From Felis catus (lineage: Eukaryota), in NCBI RefSeq assembly GCF_018350175.1, contig NC_058368.1:125366001-125430000 (forward strand): a DNA stretch of 64,000 bases. The letters are read 5' to 3'. Positions 38,354 to 51,612 of the stretch are shown one piece after another. A model generated the notes under the pieces. It was not told the DNA's origin, did not search any database, and was given only the letters and a program-made list of their open reading frames with translations. Every line of letters starts with the position of its first letter. Positions within the stretch are counted from its first letter, which is position 1. Both the position numbers and the translations under genes were made by a program.

Positions 38354-39353
38354 AGAATTTTAAAAATTAAAATCAAAACCATGTGCACATATTATGTTGT
38401 GGAATTAAATGTGGGAACTATATGTCTACAAAACAAGGTTCCCAAGTAACACCTATGGAATCAAAATCTCTTGAAATGTGACATGGTAACATAACATTTA
38501 AAACACACTCCCTAAATTGCTCTTCTGTGTGCTGAAGTTCATTTCATTTCACAGGAGATGACTGGAGGCTCAGAGAAATTATATGTTTTGTGTAGGGACA
38601 CAAGCCCTTGGTTTATAATGTGATGGTTTTGAGCACACTGTGAAAAGGTTAAACCAGAAGCCATTTGAGAGTTATTAATTCCTGTGATCTCCTGCTCATT
38701 AGAGCCGTCTCCTGATCTAACCTGCTGTAATTAAGGGTCAGGAGATAGTTCTATTATGATCTCTTTTTAACTTAGGATTGTCATTCAACTTATTTTTGCC
38801 TCACTCAATAGAGGAAGCCTATTTATTAAGCCATTAGTCAATTTGCTCTTTTAAAAGACAGCTCATATCCTTTGTCCTTTTCTAGTACCTAAGTCTTATT
38901 TTCTCACTTTGAAATGTATTGTCATGACCTGGCATTTAGTTCAGTAGTCTGGAGGAAATTGAAAGAGAGTTGGAGATAGGGAGCAGAGACACCGGGTCCC
39001 AGAGTGTCCTCTCAGGGCTGGGTCTCATCATCTCAGCTGCCTGGTGGAGGTGGGGGAAGACTTCATTTAATAACTCTATTTCTTAAGTCCCATCTCTGTG
39101 CCCGAATCAGAGAATTTTTCTGGGAAAGTGATGACACAAGAGGACCTGATTTTTGGTGTTACTCTGCAGAAATGTCTAGTGTCTGAGATCTTTTAGGAAT
39201 CAACCTCTATAATGATGACATTTTCTTTCAAAACACACACATCGGTATCCTCCACTGCCTTGCACTTTAATTATTGGGAGTAGGGGTCAGGGAAAGCTAC
39301 TGAACATTTATGAGATGGTGATGAAAACCTTTTACTAAGAATGCAAAAGGCTG

Positions 39354-39531
39354 GGGGCGCCTGGGTGGCTCAGTCAGATAAGCTTCTGACTTCAGCTCAG
39401 GTCATGACCTCATGGTTTGTGAGTTCGAGCCCCGTGTCAGGCTCTGTGCTGACAGCTCAGAGCCTGGAGACTGCTTCAGGTTCTGTGTCTCCCTCTCTCT
39501 GCCCCTCCCCAGCTCATGCTCTGTTTCTCTT

Positions 39532-39584
<53 letters not shown>

Positions 39585-39610
39585 AATAAATAAATATTAA
39601 AAAAAAAAAA
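39354..39610 (+). mobile_element. Can-SINE
   Basis: SINE body with (CT)n(CA)n; TSD aagaatgcaaaaggctg / aagaatgctgaaggctg. Confidence 0.95.
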
Positions 39611-39910
39611 GAATGCTGAAGGCTGTATGGCTAGGTGTCAGATGACTTGAATTGTCCCCCTCAGTGTTGTCCTTTGTTAGATCTGTCATACAAATCAGAG
39701 GAGGCAGCAGAAACTTGACCACATCATTTTGCCATGGAATTGGCCCTCAAATCTTTTTCCTTAGTTCCACTTTTAGTCCTTTGGGGACCTAACCCACTTG
39801 TTGTACATTCTCATTTGTCTTGTACTCCTGAGATTCCACCACATTACAGAAGTAAAAGAAATACTGCTGACTACTAGTTCCATGAATCTCCTCTTAAAAC
39901 TGAAGTTCTT

Positions 39911-40126
39911 GGGGCGCCTGGGTGGCTCAGTCGGTTAAGCGTCCGACTTCAGCTCAGGTCATGATCTCACGGTTCGTGGGTTCGAGCCCCTCATCGGGCT
40001 CTGTGCTGACAGCTCAGACTGGAGCCTACTTCAGATTCTGTGTCTGCCTCTCTCTCTCTGCCACTCCCCTGTTCACGCTCTGTCTCTCAATAATAAAGGT
40101 TTAAAAATTCAAAACAAAACAAAAAC
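39911..40126 (+). mobile_element. Can-SINE
   Basis: Perfect TSD AAAACTGAAGTTCTT at 39896-39910 and 40127-40141. Confidence 0.96.
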
Positions 40127-41440
40127 AAAACTGAAGTTCTTAATGTGACTACAGATATTTAGGATTTGCAATGGTTATTTTGAAAAGGATAACCCCCACT
40201 TTTTATAACCCCCATCATGCATAATGAATTCTTCTAAATTATAAAGAAAAAGGTAAGCAAATGAATATCAACAAAAGTTTCATTATGGTTTATAACTTCT
40301 CAGCTAAATGATTAGTTTGGGCCAAATTGGTGATACTACAAGTTATTTTTTCTATAATCTGTGTACCAGTTGGTACATTGGGATCACCTATGTTATTAAT
40401 TAGATAACCTGTGTGCCAACTCTGCTACTGAACACAATCTTAAATTATAATGTTGTTCCAACGGGACCATGCAAGCTGCTTTACAAATATGTGCTTGGAA
40501 GTGATCTACCTTATGCTAAATTCCTTTATAATGATCTACTTCACTATATATTTTTAAGGTATACATAGTAAGCAGAACAATAAAAAAGCTCATAGGGTTT
40601 GAAAAATTTCACCTGTCATTCATTGCAATGCCTACCTCTGGTATGTTTCTTTCCACATCAGTTGCTATAATTTCTTTCAGGGATTAATTATATATCCATG
40701 TTATTTCACTTCCATTTTCTTTACTCATTTTAGGACAAGAAATTTTAAACAAAATGACACTTAGAACACTGAGGTATATAAGTTTTTGGGAAAGACATTA
40801 TGAAACTGCATAGTGAGGGAATATAATCTTTTCAACTTAATTAAGTCCATGTGTATTGACAAAAGATAAAAGAATTTCACATCATAAAGGAAAATAAATG
40901 TAACTCTAAGCATAGTGTATTTCCCTCTCCAGACTATTCATTCAATATTTCTAGTATGTATTTGATCTTTGGTGTTTTTCCAAAGTCTGAGCCAAAGTGA
41001 ATATTGTCAAAGACCATCCTCTTAAATCAGTAGATGGCTCCCCACATGCCTTGAATTTAGTTCAAGAAACATTTGTTAATCACCTCTGCCTTTAGGGTGG
41101 TGATACAGACAAAAGACATACAATCAGTGCTTTCTTTCTGAAGGAAAAGGCCACAGTAAGAGTATAAGCAATAATAGGACAATATGGAGTTAAATGCTGT
41201 TTTCAGTAACAATTGCTATTTATAACAATGTGGGGAAACACTGAGCTAGTTATTGTGATTATAGGGGAGAATAAGAAGACATGGTCTTTCCCCCCCTGGG
41301 TCTTACAGTCCAGTGGGGAATGGGGAGGAGGAGAAATTTAAGGGAGGAGTGATATTTAAGCCAAGATGAAGGATGATCCATTAGTCAGGTTCTCAGCACA
41401 AGCAATGATAGTATTTGAGGAGAATCTACCATAAGCATTC

Positions 41441-42836
41441 TTTTTTTTTTTTTTAATATGAAATTTATTGACAAATTGGTTTCCATACAACACCCAGTGC
41501 TCATCCCAAAAGGTGCCCTCCTCAATACCCATCACCCACCCTCTCCTCCCTCCCACCCCCCATCAACCCTCAGTTTGTTCTCAGTTTTTAAGAGTCTCTT
41601 ATGCTTTGGCTCTCTCCCACTCTAACCTGTTTTTTTTTTTTTCCTTCCCCTCCCCCATGGGTTCCTGTTAATTTCTCAGGGTCCACATAAGAGTGAAACC
41701 ATATGGTATCTGTCTTTCTCTGTATGGCTTATTTCACTTAGCATCACACTCTCCAGTTCCATCCACGTTGCTACAAAAGGCCATATTTCATTTTTTCTCA
41801 TTGCCACGTAATACTCCATTGTGTATATAAACCACAATTTCTTTATCCATTCATCAGTTGATGGACATTTAGGCTCTTTCCATAATTTGGCTATTGTTGA
41901 GAGTGCTGCTATGAACATTGGGGTACAAGTGGCCCTATGCATCAGTACTCCTGTATCCCTTGGATAAATTCCTAGCAGTGCTATTGCTGGGTCATAGGGT
42001 AGGTCTATTTTTAATTTTCTGAGGAACCTCCACACTGCTTTCCAGAGCGGCTGCACCAATTTGCATTCCCACCAACAGTGCAAGAGGGTTCCCGTTTCTC
42101 CACATCCTCTCCAGCATCTAGAGTCTCCTGATTTGTTCATTTTGGCCACTCTGACTGGCGTGAGGTGATACCTGAGTGTGGTTTTGATTTGTATTTCCCT
42201 GATAAGGAGCGACGCTGAACATCTTTTCATGTGCCTGTTGGCCATCCGGATGTCTTCTTTAGAGAAGTGTCTATTCATGTTTTCTGCCCATTTCTTCACT
42301 GGGTTATTTGTTTTTCGGGTGTGGAGTTTGGTGAGCTCTTTATAGATTTTGGATACTAGCCCTTTGTCCGATATGTCATTTGCGAATATCTTTTCCCATT
42401 CCGTTGGTTGCCTTTTAGTTTTGTTGGTTGTTTCCTTTGCTGTGCAGAAGCTTTTTATCTTCATAAGGTCCCAGTGATTCACTTTTGCTTTTAATTCCCT
42501 TGCCTTTGGGGATGTGTCGAGTAAGAGATTGCTACGGCTGAGGTCAGAGAGGTCTTTTCCTGCTTTCTCCTCTAAGGTTTTGATGGTTTCCTGTCTCACA
42601 TTTAGGTCCTTTATCCATTTGGAGTTTATTTTTGTGAATGGTGTGAGAAAGTGGTCTAGTTTCAACCTTCTGCATGTTGCTGTCCAGTTCTCCCAGCACC
42701 ATTTGTTAAAGAGGCTGTCTTTTTTCCATTGGATGTTCTTTCCTGCTTTGTCAAAGATGAGTTGGCCATACGTTTGTGGGTCTAGTTCTGGGGTTTCTAT
42801 TCTATTCCATTGGTCTATGTGTCTGTTTTTGTGCCA
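41441..42836 (-). mobile_element. Young 5'-truncated LINE-1 (about 1.4 kb), open ORF2 C-terminus 41676-42836
   Basis: 388-aa ORF almost identical to the 7583-9865 ORF; TSD ACCAYAAGCATTCTTT at 41428-41443 and 42836-42851. Confidence 0.97.
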
Positions 42837-44087
42837 CCACAAGCATTCTTTATAAGGGAGTGTAGGAAAGCCACAAGGGGGTAGTGCAGCATCTCAAGGA
42901 TAGTAACACTGGGACCATCACCTCCCTACAGCTGAAATGGTAAGGGAACAGATTCAGAACCTACAAGGAGACAGCCTCCTAGAGAGGGGAGGATCTTTGG
43001 TTGAAGGACCCTTTACTTTGAAGAGACCCTGTAGGGAAGGAGCTGAGGAAGTAAGTGCTGTAGCCCCAATCCCCTCTCTCCCCCACTTCCTGCTGGGGCC
43101 TCCTGTTGGCTGAAGCTAAGGGGGAGCCAGTGGACAAGGGAGGTAGACCTGAATGGATCAGCTTCTTTGGGCAGAGAGCAAAGTGAGGAATAGTGCAGAA
43201 TAGATCTGGAGAGGAAATAGGAAATATCTAATGGAGGTGAGTAGGAATTGATCAGTTTTTAGGGAAAGAGGTAGAGTAGGGCATTTGTTGGCAGGCAGAG
43301 GGTAAACATGAACAAAAGCCAGGTGTTGAAGGAGGATCCTGGTGAAATACTAGAGCAGGAAGATCAGTGGTGAGCAGGGTTCAGACCGTGAGTTGGATTC
43401 TGGTCTGTGTCCATATAGAACAGTGGGAAGAAGGGTGGGATAAGGCAGGTATGGGGGAGAAGATGCATCTGATAAGAGGTATGCTTTGGAAAGATCATGC
43501 TGGCTGTGCTGTTCAGGAGGGAAAGCAAGGGGCCAGAGTTCAAAGGCTGTTACCGTTGCTTTGCAATGTTTATATATTTTATAGTCCAATATTCTGTATA
43601 TATGGCTCTGGAAATTGCTCTTGTTAAGTTAATATATAGCAAATATCTTTCCAGGTTAGTATCTTCCTTTTAATAGCTACATACTATTTTGTTATGTATG
43701 TAAATGTCTTCTTTAATTTTACTGAAGGACATTTAGGGATGGCCAGTTTTCCTCTTCTGTGCAGTGCTGCAGTAAACCCTGTCATCTGCAGAACAGATTC
43801 CTAGAAGTGGGGTTGCTGTGTGTGTGCATGTGACCTTTTTGCAGGTATTCCCAAAGTGACCTTGCAAAAGGCTGTCCTGATTTTCACTTGGGAGGAATAT
43901 TTCTAAATGAATGAAAATTTACTTATTCATAAACTGGAAAACTATACCTCACTTATAAAAATGTATTTTATTGTTTTCCAAAAACAAATCCAAAAGTTTG
44001 ACCTTAGATATGAGTCTCTCTACCCTTATATGTCAAGTTCATTTCTAAGTGACCATTTATATGGATATCACTTTGAGAGTATATTCT

Positions 44088-44145
44088 TTCCTTCCTTCCT
44101 TCCTTCCTTCCTTCCTTCCTTCCTTCCTTCCTTCCTTCCTTCCTT
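44088..44145. repeat. (TTCC)n microsatellite
   Basis: About 14 TTCC units. Confidence 0.95.
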
Positions 44146-45995
44146 TTTTTTTAAAGAAAACACTCCTCTTTTTAATAAAATTATTTGAAAAGTAGTAAAG
44201 AATTTAAAATATTTGATTTTTGTTAAAATCTCCATAAATCTGATTTTAGAATTTAAATGTGGTTATATTACAGAATTAAAATTCCTGAGGGAAAATATAA
44301 AGACATTTAGAAAATACCAGAGATTGGAGTAAATTCTAATGGGGAGTATTTATTTTTTCTTTTTATGGACTATAATGGATTATTTAATATTTTTTAATAG
44401 CTAATAAAAGTTTGGGCAGCTTAACACACAAAACAACAACCAACCAGCCAAAGAAACCTGTGAAACTTAGACATAGTACACAATGGATTTATTTATTTAT
44501 GTTGGATAGATTTGAATAATTAACTAAAACTACAATGGGCTTGCATTATTTCATTAATCATAATTGCATGAATACCAAGATGAAGAGGAAAAGAAAATAA
44601 AAATAACAGTGATTTCTTTAACAGTAAATATTAGACAAGACACTCGGTTGCAAGTGACAGAAACTAAACATTAAAAGGGATTTGCTGGTTACATCATGAG
44701 AAAATACAGAAGAGAAGTGGCTGCAGGCACCTCATCTAAGCATTCAAGTGATGTTGACAGACTGTGCTTCCTCCCTTCCTCACTCTGTCCTCCTGCCTCC
44801 CTCCTACCTGGTATTTGGGCTCTGCTTCTCAGCGTTTCCTTCTTTCTCACTGCACATGACAGGCAAGATGGCCAGGAGTGTCTGAGATTAGTGTCCCCAA
44901 GGGAAAGGGAGCTGCTTCTTTACAGAGAAGACAACAATGATTCTGAGCAAACTGTAGGAATCTTAGAGAAGCAACTTAAGCTCTTTGAAATGCGCTTTCT
45001 ATGTCAGTGCAAAAGATTTGTTAGTTTAAATGAATGTAGTATGGAAAATGTGCAGTACAGTGGCAGCTATGAGGCAGGTGTCCAATAAATGGTGTTTTAA
45101 AGGACAGGAGAACACTGGGAGGTAGTGTGCTGTGGAGAAGAAGATGGTGTATTCAGTTATATTCTAGTAATGTCTGAGATGCCCAGGGGAAACTCAGAAA
45201 GAAATTTCTCACAGGCAACCAGTGACAAGGATCTGGAACTTGGAGACAACATTTGGGACAGGTGGTGGGTTAGAATCCTAGGAATTTGTTTTACATCTTA
45301 AGGCCTCTTTGTTGTAGGTAAAGAAACCCCAGCTCCTCCTAGTTACAGACATAGATTCTGTGCTGGGAAGATATCACTGAGGAAGTGGTGCCCTGGAGGT
45401 GGGTTGGAAAATTTTCTCTCCGGGGACTCTTGTGCCAAAACAAGGCTGTGTTCTTCGGTTGTTCTCTCAGGAGACTCTTGCTTAGAGCTTGTGTTCTTTT
45501 TTCCTATTGCTATTTTTATCCTTTGGATGGTGTGGGCTTTTCTAAACCTTCACTTCATTTCCTTCAAAGTGGTGCTTGAAAAAATCTATGCCTTTCTTAT
45601 TTCCAACTACTATGTGAATTCACAAGAGTGAACATGATAAAAAGCAATGTGGCAAGTTGGGACAGTTACCTCTGGGATCATATTCAGGATTTATCTGCAG
45701 GGCAGAGGTTCCTATAGGAATCTGTGACCCTTGGAGAGTACAGTGAGCCTCTAACAATCCTGGGAGGAATCCAGGGCAGAGAATACAGCTGTGGATATGT
45801 ATGAATGTGGTATCATGTTTAGATGTAAGCTACTGGCTCTAGGAGTTATTTGTAAAAACTGCACAAATTTTAGTTTAATGTGGATGCTCAATTAGTGGTA
45901 AAGAGTAATGCCTGCCACTCAGAATGATGTGGGCTTAGGTAATTCATTCCTAAAAGCGACCAATGTACGGACATTACATTTAATAATAGGATAGG

Positions 45996-46507
45996 TGTAT
46001 TAGTTTTTACTGCCACTGTAATAAATTACTGTAAACTTAGTGGTTTAAAGCAACACTAATTTATCATCTTAGTTTTGTAAGTCAGAATTCAGTTTCATGC
46101 ATTTGTAAATCTGAGGTCCTCATTTTCTTTCTGGATTTCATCTGGAGATCCTTTTTAGCTTCTGGAGGCACCTGTGTTCCTTGGCTCATGGCTCCCTTAC
46201 TCTATCTCCAAGGGCAGCAATAGAGGTGGGAAGTACTTCTCACACTTTGAATCCCCCTGACCTTCTCTTCTCCCACAGCACGTCTCTGGGAGACTCTTAT
46301 GCTGTCTTCTGCTTTTAAGAGTTTACATGATTATATTGGGCCCACCTGGAAAGTCCAGGATACTGTCTCTGTTTTAAAGTCAGCTCATTGGCAACCTTAA
46401 TTTCATCTGCAATATCCCTTCACAGTAGTATCTAGCTTAGTGTATGATTGAATAGCCGGGGGATGAAAATCTTGGGGGCAATCTTTAGAGCTCTGCCTAC
46501 TATAACA
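45996..46507 (-). mobile_element. MaLR solo LTR (MLT1E/F-like)
   Basis: tgtattagttttt..gtaataaattactgtaaacttagtggtttaaagcaacac..gggcccacctgga..ctctgcctactataaca. Confidence 0.75.
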
Positions 46508-46658
46508 GGTTAAAGGGAGATTCTTCCCCAGTGGATCCCTGTAGGGATTTTTAGAAGTTCTGGCTCTTTCAGAGCTTTGGAAATTCTCTACATTTTTAAA
46601 ATTGGAGACTTTGACCTATGGTAGTTCTGCAAGAGTGGAGAAAATACTCCTTTGTGAA

Positions 46659-46660
46659 TG

Positions 46661-46759
<99 letters not shown>

Positions 46760-46905
46760 CTGAGTCTGTGAGAGAGTGTGTATATGTGTGAGAGTGCGTG
46801 TGTGACAGTGTGTGTGTGTGTGTGTGTGTGCGTGTGTGTGTGTGTGTGTGACAGAGAGAGTGTGTGAAAGAGAAAAAGGGGAGAGAGGGAGGGAGAAAGA
46901 GAGAG
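46659..46905. repeat. Compound (TG)n/(AG)n microsatellite
   Basis: Alternating TG and AG blocks over about 250 bp. Confidence 0.95.
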
Positions 46906-47224
46906 GGAGCATTAGCATGCTTATGCTTTTCCTGGAGTGGTTATTGTGAAATCTTACTTTTTGGCTGAACAAATGAAGAGCTAACTGAAACACAGCACTA
47001 GAAGCATCACAGCAGTGGAGCAAGGAGCAGCATGGTTGATGGACAACGTCTTGGATTTAGAGAAAGGTCAGGCAGGCATGGTCAGCACTAGCATGAATCT
47101 GTATCTGGAGCGATTAGTTGGGGTAAGAGATGCAGCAAAGAAGACAGGCCACTGGAGTTTTGGGGTGGTTCCTGGATATATTCAGGAGGTGTTATGGACT
47201 GACTTACCATTTTCCCAAATGCGT

Positions 47225-47567
47225 ATGTTGTAGTCCCAACCCCAGTACCTCATGATGTAGCTATATTTGGAGACAGTCTTTAAAGAAGAAATTAGATTAA
47301 AATGAGGTTGTTAGGGTGAGCCCTAGTCCAGTATGACAGGTGTCCTTATAAGAAGAGATTAGGGCACAAATATGTACAGGGGAAAAGACCATGTGAGGGC
47401 ACAGGGAGAAGAAGACCATCTACAAGCCAAGGAGAGAGGCCTCAGAAGAGGCTCTGCCCACGCCTGATCTGACTTCTAGCCTCCAGAACTGTGAGAAAAT
47501 AAAGTTCTGTTGTTTAAGCCACACGGTCTGTAGCACTGTGTTATGACAGCTAGAGCAGACTAATACA
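47225..47567 (+). mobile_element. MaLR solo LTR (MLT1A/B-like)
   Basis: ccccagtacctc..tatttggagacagtctttaaaga..ggtgtccttataagaagag..gcctccagaactgtgagaaaataaag..gcagactaataca. Confidence 0.85.
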
Positions 47568-49430
47568 GGAGGCTTTGTTCCATGAGGAGGCAGGGAGTCC
47601 CCGGCCAAGAAAAGCCTGTGGTGAACATGCCTCCTTCCTCTGGTGGCAGCTGAAGTTTCCTCTGCAGAGTGACTCTAGAGAGGACTTTCCAGTGCCTGCT
47701 CACAGCCACTGGATTTTGTAATGGTGGCACTCTGCCCTGTCCCAGACATTCCTCCTGAGTGGGATATTTCCTGGTGATTTCAGGACCTGCCCTGCAGGGG
47801 GATGTGAGCAACTTGTTCTGGATACTTGGGCTCTCTTCTTCTCTCCTCCTTCAGAGTTCTTCAACTATTTGTATCATGATTCTGGCAAGAGGGCTTAGTT
47901 TCGGAATAAAAAGAACACTGAGGTGTAAGGTCAGGTGATCTGGGGTCTTCTTCCAACACTACGAATAATTAGAAATTTTGTTTTGGACAAGTTACTACTT
48001 TTATTCACCTGTAAAATGAAATGGTTGGATTCCACAATTCTGTACTTATGTGAATCATTAATAGACATGGGTGACCTAGATGATTTAAGATAGGGAATCT
48101 GAGAAAACACCACCATGTCAAGCTGAAGTTCAAACTTTATCTTTCCTTCCTAGCAAGGGCAGACAACTTATTAACTTCCACTGCTGTGACACTTCTATTA
48201 CTGTGTTTCATTTAGCTCTTCATTTGTTTTAGCTAAAAGGAAAGATTTCACAATAACCTCTTTTTGGCCAGGATCAGAGTTCAGCTGAGGAAATGCTAAA
48301 GATTGGCTATTAATTGGCTTTCTATTTTTAACCACACTTCATTTCAGAGAGTAATGTTTTCCTCTGTGTTTGAGTGGGGCTATAGAAACAAAATTTAGCA
48401 ACGAAAACATGCTTCTCAAAAGCCCCACAGTACCCTAATGAGTACCTACCCCGGAGGGCATGACCAAGTTCAAAATGTGGAACTCTGAGAATGTTAGATT
48501 TTCATCTGTTGTTAATCATTGCTATATATATTCAAAGTTCTAAAGTCAGATGGTTTGTGTTAGGACATTGAATTTTCATGTCCAGTAAATATTTGTGTGC
48601 ACATCCCCTGAATATGTGGAGTAAACAGAATGACTTCCACCTTCCTGTAAATTTAAGCTTATTTTGAATTTGAAAATGCTTGAGGAGGGAAAAAAACATG
48701 TTGGCAAAATTAGGAGGTGCAGTTTGTACACACCTTCTTTAGGATTTACTGTATCAAAAATGAAAGCTTGAAGTGCAGGGTCTGGGGAAGAAACTATGGA
48801 GTCTTTGCTTGGGAAAAATTTTTTTTAGCTTCATTCTGTTCTCCCTTTTTTTTTTTTTTTGGTGCAGGGAGGAATGATGGTTTATTCAATAAATGGTTTG
48901 AGGACAACAAGCTAGTCATCTGGAAAAAACAAATCCCTACTTTACTTCTTACATTAAATTATTTTCCTGGTAGTTTATAAAAATGTAAACATTAAAAAAA
49001 TAAACCACAGATATCTAAGAAAAATGGGATTATTTTGTTAGGAATTTATTTTTTTGTTTTCCAGGATAGTTAACATATGGTGTTATATTAGTTTCAAGCG
49101 TACGATATAGTGGTTTATTGCTTTCATACATTACCCAGGCTCGATCACAAGTGCACTCTAATCCCCACCATCTATTTCCCCCCTCCCTTTGCCTACCACT
49201 CCTCTGGTAACCATCAGTTTGTCCTCTATAGTTAAGAGTCTCTTTCTTGGCTTCTCTCTCTTTTTCCCTTTGTTCGTTTGTTTTGTTTTTTCAACTCCAC
49301 ATATGAGTGAAATTGTATGGTATTTGTCTTTCTCTAACTGACTTATTTCACTTAGCATGATATACTCTAGCTCCATCCATGTCACTGCAAATGGCAAGAT
49401 TTAATTATTTTTCATGACCAAATAATATTC

Positions 49431-49472
<42 letters not shown>

Positions 49473-50422
49473 CACATCTTCTTTATCCATTCATCTATTG
49501 AAGGGCTGTTTGCTGCTTCCATAATTTGACTATTGTAAATAATGCTGCTATAAACATAGGGGTGCATGTATCCCTTTGAATTAGTGTTTTTGTTATTTTG
49601 GGGTAAAGACCCAATAGTGCAGTTGCTGGATTGTAGGGTAGTTCTACGATCTAGGTTAACTTTTTGAGGAACCTCCATACTGTTTTCCACAGTGGCTGCA
49701 CCAGTTTGCATACCCACCAGCAGTGCAAGAGGGTTCCTTTTTCTCCACATCTTTGCTAACACCTGTTGTTTCTTATGTTTTTGATTTTAGCCATTCTGAC
49801 TGGTTTGAGACAAAAATCTCATCTTTATGTCCTATGTCTTTTTATGCATTGGTTGGCCATCTTTATGTCTGTTCATGTCTTCTGCTCATTTTAAATTAGA
49901 TTATTTGCTTTTTGGGTGTTGAATTGTATCAATTTTTTTTTTTTATATATTCTGGGTACTAACCCTTTATTGGATATGTCATTTGCGAATATCTTCTCCC
50001 ATTACATAGGTTGCCTTTTAGTTATATTGACCATTTGTTTGTTGTGCGGAGGCCTTTTATTTTGATGTAGTCTCAGCAGTTTACTTTTGCTTTGGCTTCC
50101 CATGCCTCAGGAGACATAGCTCGAAAAATGTTGCTACAGCTGACATCAGAGAAATTACTGCCTGTGCTCTCTTGTAAGATTTTTATGGTTTCAGGTCTCA
50201 CATGTAAATCTTTAACCCATTTTGAGTTTATTTTTGTGTGTGGTATAAGCAGTTAGTCCAGTTTTATTCTTTTGCATGTAGTTTTTTTAACACCATTTGT
50301 TGAAGAGACTGTCATTTTCCCATTGCATGTACTCTTTTGTTGAAGATTAATTTACCATCTAATTGTGGGTTCATGGGTTCATATTTAGGTTTTCTATTCT
50401 GTTCTATTGATCTCGGTGTCTG

Positions 50423-50687
50423 TTTAAAATTTTTTTTAAGTGAGAGAGAAAGTGCAAGCAGGGCAATGGGAGACAAAGAGAGAAACTTTTTCTGAAGTTT
50501 ATTTTATTTATTTTGAGAGAGAAAGAGAGGGAGAGAGAGCAGGAGAGGTGCAGAGAGAGGGAGAGAGAGAATCTGGAGCACATTCCTCACTGTCAGTCCC
50601 CAATGTGGGGCTCACTCTCATGAACCACGAGATCATGCCCCAAGCCAAAATCAAGAGTTGGACGCTTAACTGACTGAGCCACCCAGG

Positions 50688-50751
<64 letters not shown>

Positions 50752-50874
50752 CTTAAGCAGTCTCCATGCTCAGCATGGAGTCCAATGTGGAGCTTGATCC
50801 AATGCCCCTGGGATCATGATCTGAGCTAAAATCAAGAATCAGACACTTAACCAAGTGAGCCACCAAGGCACCCC
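50423..50874 (-). mobile_element. Two nested Can-SINEs (inner about 50487-50691, inside the (GA)n of the outer)
   Basis: Two SINE 5' ends (ccaggcacc at about 50691; caaggcacccc at about 50874). Confidence 0.88.
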
Positions 50875-51384
50875 TCTGTGTCTATTTTTGTGTCATTAAC
50901 ATACTGTTTTGATTACTAAAGCCCTATAGTATAACATGAAATCTGGAATGCTGATATTTTAGTTTTGCTTTTCTTTTACAAGATTGCTTTGGCTGATTGC
51001 TTAGGATTGTTTGTTCCGGTTCTGTGAAAACTTCTATTGGTATTTTGATAGGGATTGCATTAAATGTGTAGATTGCTTTGGGTAGTATAGTCATTTTATC
51101 AATATTTTTTCTTTCAATCCTTGAACATTGAATGTCTTTCTATTTCTTTGTGTTGTCTTCAGTTTCTTTCATCAGTGTTTCATAGTTTTCAGATTATAGG
51201 TCTTTACCTCTTTGGTTAAGTTTATTCTCAGGTACTTTATTATTTTTGGTGCAATTATAAATGGGATTGTTTTCTTAATTCCTCTTTCCACTGCTTCACT
51301 ATTAGTATATAGAAATGCAATAGATTTCTGTACTTTTATTTTATATCCTACAACTTTACTGAATTTGTGTATCAATTCTCACAG

Positions 51385-51612
51385 TTTTTTTTTTTTAATT
51401 TTTTTTCAACGTTTTTTATTTATTTTTGGGACAGAGAGAGACAGAGCATGAACGGGGGAGGGGCAGAGAGAGAGGGAGACACAGAATCGGAAACAGGCTC
51501 CAGGCTCCGAGCCATCAGCGCAGAGCCTGACGTGGGGCTCGAACTCACGGACCGCGAGATCGTGACCTGGCTGAAGTCGGACGCCTAACCGACTGCGCCA
51601 CCCAGGCGCCCC
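51385..51612 (-). mobile_element. Young SINEC_Fc nested in L1
   Basis: CpG-rich body; TSD caattctcRcagtttttt. Confidence 0.96.
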
